From a virus: a stretch of 43,426 nucleotides of DNA. Position 1 is the stretch's first letter. Each line of letters starts with the position of its first letter. Of the stretch, positions 40,882 to 43,426 are shown in pieces. The notes beneath the pieces were generated by a model. The model saw only the letters and a list, made by a program, of their open reading frames with translations. It was not told the DNA's origin and ran no database searches. The DNA lies in the IMG/VR virus record IMGVR_UViG_3300019458_000014, positions 1 through 43,426 of that record; one strand, written 5' to 3'. The position numbers were made by a program, and so were the translations under genes.

Positions 40882-41436
40882 ATGGTTGCCCGCAGACTCC
40901 CGAAGCCCTTCACCCCGGCGGAGCTCCGCGCGCTGTTCGCCACTTCGGATCCGGTCGCCGTCGCCGCGATGCGATTCCTGCACGCGACCGGGATGCGGTC
41001 GGCCGAGGCCCTTTCGATCACCAGCACCGAGGCGGAGACCTGGCCTCGCCCGGGCGTGCTCCGGCGACGGACACACGCGACGCGTATCACCGGAAAGGGG
41101 GGCAAAGAGCGCGTCGTGCTCCTGAACCCCAAGGCACTCGCCTCCGCGCGTCTGGCGCTCAGCGCGTCAGCAGCAAACGGCCATCTGTTCGGGTTCTCAG
41201 ACCGCCAGCTCCGCCGTCTGGTCGCACGGGCCGGTCTCGAGGCCGGCGTCGAGCGCGCCCACCCCCACCGGTTCCGCCACACGTACTGTTCCGAGCACGC
41301 CGAGGCCGGCACCGATATCGCGATCGTCGCCGATATGGCCGGGCATTCATCCGTCAACACGACGAGGCTCTATTACGAGTCAAGCGTTCGGGCTCGGAGC
41401 GTCGCCGAGCGGCGGCGGCGGCGGTTCACCCACTGA
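40882..41436 (+). CDS. Tyrosine recombinase, catalytic domain only, 184 aa
   Basis: ATGMRSAEAL (Arg), GKGGKERVV (Lys), HRFRHTY (HxxR), MAGHSSVNTTRLYY (His, Tyr). Only about 25 residues precede the catalytic domain. Confidence 0.8.
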   Translation: MVARRLPKPFTPAELRALFATSDPVAVAAMRFLHATGMRSAEALSITSTEAETWPRPGVLRRRTHATRITGKGGKERVVLLNPKALASARLALSASAANGHLFGFSDRQLRRLVARAGLEAGVERAHPHRFRHTYCSEHAEAGTDIAIVADMAGHSSVNTTRLYYESSVRARSVAERRRRRFTH

Positions 41437-41676
41437 TCCCGTCCTCTCCGGCCGGACCGTGAGCCGGTCCTCCCACCCTGTCTCGGGCACGATTGCCAGC
41501 AAGCGTGTGCGGTCGAACTCGAGCGTCGCGATGTGCTCGGCGCCCCCCTCCTCGTTCGTCCTATCCCGCTCGTGGTAGCAGATCCCCTCGACCAGCATCA
41601 ACACCCGCTGGCCCTTGTGGACCCGGATCGGCGACGTCAGATCGCGGATCGGCCGGGACTCGATGACCTCACGCAT
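41380..41676 (-). CDS. Hypothetical protein, 98 aa
   Basis: ORF 41380..41694 with ATG 41676 (8-nt overlap upstream). 3' end overlaps the recombinase gene convergently. Confidence 0.55.
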   Translation of the reverse strand: MREVIESRPIRDLTSPIRVHKGQRVLMLVEGICYHERDRTNEEGGAEHIATLEFDRTRLLAIVPETGWEDRLTVRPERTGSVGEPPPPPLGDAPSPNA

Positions 41677-41884
41677 ACTGGCCGCCATGTCCACAGCGAC
41701 AGTCGCCCTCGTTCACGACCCTCAGCCGGCGCCGAACGACCACCCGGACCGAGCCATCAGCGAATCTAACGAGCTGGCCTCCACGCCCGACGACGCACCG
41801 GCCATCGGGGCGTCGGATCGGTTCGCACCGCTGGCCGATGAGGGCCGAGGCGGTCTCGCGCGTGCCGAGGTAGACGTACCTCAC
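41669..41884 (-). CDS. Hypothetical protein, 71 aa
   Basis: ORF track. GTGA overlap with the WhiB-like gene. Confidence 0.55.
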   Translation of the reverse strand: MRYVYLGTRETASALIGQRCEPIRRPDGRCVVGRGGQLVRFADGSVRVVVRRRLRVVNEGDCRCGHGGQYA

Positions 41885-42462
41885 GGCACGGGCTCGTAGG
41901 TCGCCTCGAAGATGTCCGGCTTGCGTAGTCGTCGACGTGCTGTCCGCACACTGACCCCGTGCTCCTCTGCGTAGAGCGCGGCCGGACCCTTGTGGCCACG
42001 TCCGGGGCCGGGCCGCAGGTCAAAAGCGGACACAGGCCACTCGAGCGGATCGACGATCCTCCACGTCCCGCTCGTTGCCGAGCGGCGCGCGAGCGCCAGC
42101 GCCATCCGCAGCCGACGGCCAGGGTCGACGCTCCGGCTGCGTACCGTCCGCCGCTCGGCTTGGGTGAGACCGCCCCAGATCCCCGGCTGCTCTCGGGCGA
42201 GCCCCTGCACCGTGCACTCGAGCCGCACCGGGCAGAACGCGCAGACAACGCGCGCCTGCCGAACGGCCAGGCGCTCCGGCCACTCCCGAGCCGGATAGAA
42301 CCACGTCGCCGACGCCCTCGAGGCATCGGCGCACGAGGCCTCCGAGCGCCACGACTCCGCCCGGAGGCCCGCCACGTGAGCGAGCAGCTCGTCGGCGCTC
42401 GCCACACGATCGGCCACGGTCGGTCCACGAGGGACCACGGGCACCAGGTGTATCGCCGTCAC
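41881..42462 (-). CDS. WhiB-like (Wbl) Fe-S transcription factor with about 90-aa C-terminal HTH-like extension, 193 aa
   Basis: C...CAFCPVRLEC four-Cys pattern followed by GIWGGLTQAERR, the Wbl signature. Confidence 0.8.
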   Translation of the reverse strand: MTAIHLVPVVPRGPTVADRVASADELLAHVAGLRAESWRSEASCADASRASATWFYPAREWPERLAVRQARVVCAFCPVRLECTVQGLAREQPGIWGGLTQAERRTVRSRSVDPGRRLRMALALARRSATSGTWRIVDPLEWPVSAFDLRPGPGRGHKGPAALYAEEHGVSVRTARRRLRKPDIFEATYEPVP

Positions 42463-42710
42463 TCGTCCTTCCCGAAGGCCTCGAGCCAGGCCTCCGCCTC
42501 GCTCTCGAAGCCAGGCCGGATGTCACCGAGCAGCGTTATGGGGTCCTGCGGGTGATCCCAGCGGCGGCGGGGATTCTCGATGAAGGCGGGCGGGGGGAAG
42601 GGCTTCGGGGGTCCGTCGTTCAGGCTCCACTCCCGCGTGACCAGCGAGCCGTCGGCCCGGGTCCACTCGACACGGATCACCGGCATCGCGAACGGATCGG
42701 GTCGGGTCAC
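42459..42710 (-). CDS. Hypothetical protein, 83 aa
   Basis: C-terminal part of ORF 42459..42806. GTGA overlaps at both ends. Confidence 0.55.
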   Translation of the reverse strand: MTRPDPFAMPVIRVEWTRADGSLVTREWSLNDGPPKPFPPPAFIENPRRRWDHPQDPITLLGDIRPGFESEAEAWLEAFGKDE

Positions 42711-43138
42711 CCGCAACTCCACGGACCCCACCCGCCGGCGTGCGCCATCCGGATCGACACAATCACGTTCGTCCTCCCGTTGTAGACACCCCTGAACATC
42801 TCCCATCGGTCACGGATGTAGAGCTCGACGCGACCGGCCCAGTACGGCAGCCGATGCTGGAAGACTCCCCCATTGCCGTTGCCGTAGGCATCGGGTCTGA
42901 GCCCCGACTCGCACCGAGCGACCTCGAGCGCCTTGGCCGCCCCGCCGGGCACCGGCCAGATACGGACGGCGCAGCGAATCAGCGTCGCGACCGGGCGCAC
43001 GTCGTGGCGCTCGTAGTAGGGACGCTGCCAGTGGATCGGGCACGGGCCTCGTTTGTGATGGGCTTCGGCTCGTATGGACATCATTGGGATCATCGTCAGG
43101 GTCAGGAACAACACGGTCATAACTCGTCGATTTCGCAT
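42707..43138 (-). CDS. Secreted transglycosylase-like (lysozyme-like, CESG motif) protein, 143 aa
   Basis: Signal peptide MRNRRVMTVLFLTLTMIPMMSIRAEA. ALEVARCESGLRPDAYGNGNGGVFQHRLPYW resembles SLT/Rpf-type catalytic blocks. SD GGAGGTGA. Confidence 0.6.
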   Translation of the reverse strand: MRNRRVMTVLFLTLTMIPMMSIRAEAHHKRGPCPIHWQRPYYERHDVRPVATLIRCAVRIWPVPGGAAKALEVARCESGLRPDAYGNGNGGVFQHRLPYWAGRVELYIRDRWEMFRGVYNGRTNVIVSIRMAHAGGWGPWSCG

Positions 43139-43196
43139 TGAAGGGGAATCACCTCCGGTTCGGTCGGAGCCACGCCGCCTCGGGCAGCGCGGACGC

Positions 43197-43406
43197 CTAG
43201 CGGTCGGTCACGTCTTGACGATCACCCCCTCGACTTCCGCTCAAGGGTCGGAACCACCAGTAGCGGAACCTCACGTCTGGCGTCCCGGCATCACGCAGCA
43301 CAGGCCGGACCTCGCGGAACACGCCGACCAGTCGCTCAACGTATGCCTCCGGGGTCGGTTCGAGCCCGATCTGTTCGGGCACGCCGTAATCTTGCTTGGG
43401 CGTCAT
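43197..43406 (-). CDS. 69-aa ORF resembling an internal segment of N6/N4 DNA methyltransferases (probable remnant); spans the terminal repeat
   Basis: GLEPTPEAYVERLVGVFREVRPVLRDAGT resembles the block after the DPPY motif, but no DPPY or SAM-binding motif is present. Confidence 0.4.
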   Translation of the reverse strand: MTPKQDYGVPEQIGLEPTPEAYVERLVGVFREVRPVLRDAGTPDVRFRYWWFRPLSGSRGGDRQDVTDR

Positions 43407-43426
43407 CGTGGGCTCCGCTCACCTAC
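43304..43426. repeat. Terminal direct repeat, copy 2 (identical to 1..123)
   Basis: Direct comparison. Confidence 0.95.

Overview
High-G+C window that reads as one complete, circularly closed temperate phage genome of actinobacterial type. Bases 1-123 are repeated exactly at 43304-43426, leaving 43,303 unique bp. About 75 tightly packed genes lie mostly on the minus strand, and more than 25 junctions are ATGA/GTGA/TGATG start-stop overlaps.

Modules, read in the minus-strand transcription direction:
- **Lysogeny switch.** A cro-like XRE gene (6953..7156, -) diverges from an XRE repressor (7261..7575, +). The repressor is translationally coupled to a XerC/D-type tyrosine integrase (7572..8471, +).
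- **Early-left operon.** It runs from cro down to base 100 and across the circular junction to 41380. It includes a RecT-like annealase, a winged-helix replication-organiser-like protein, a RuvC-like resolvase, many small Cys-rich proteins, a methyltransferase-like fragment, a secreted transglycosylase-like protein and a WhiB-like regulator.
- **Plus-strand cassette 40209..41436.** A sigma-region-4-like HTH, a winged-helix protein and a catalytic-domain-only second tyrosine recombinase.
- **Second leftward operon 40085..37156.** It ends at a strong hairpin.
- **ORF-free GC-rich region 36503..37110**, about 600 bp.
- **Small accessory island 34794..36502.** It includes a secreted RTX-repeat protein.
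- **Late operon 34548..8468.** In order: HExxH protein, terminase with an N-terminal HTH extension, portal, HeH protein, a 2189-aa giant protein, an NlpC/P60 protein, a reverse-oriented moron, scaffold, HK97-like capsid, about 10 tail or particle proteins with no tape measure (short-tailed-like), a peptidase-M15 endolysin plus four membrane proteins, and a terminal C1q-like fibre gene.

Most notable observations:
- A tRNA T-loop/3'-end mimic lies inside the repressor ORF, the architecture of integration-dependent immunity.
- The second recombinase cassette is driven by a near copy of the repressor promoter.
- The giant virion gene has no recognisable function.
- The fibre ORF has no canonical start codon.
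- A repeated stop-spacer-SD junction element occurs at three gene junctions.
- Several promoters appear to drive leaderless transcripts.

All functional calls come from reading motifs by eye. No database search was run.
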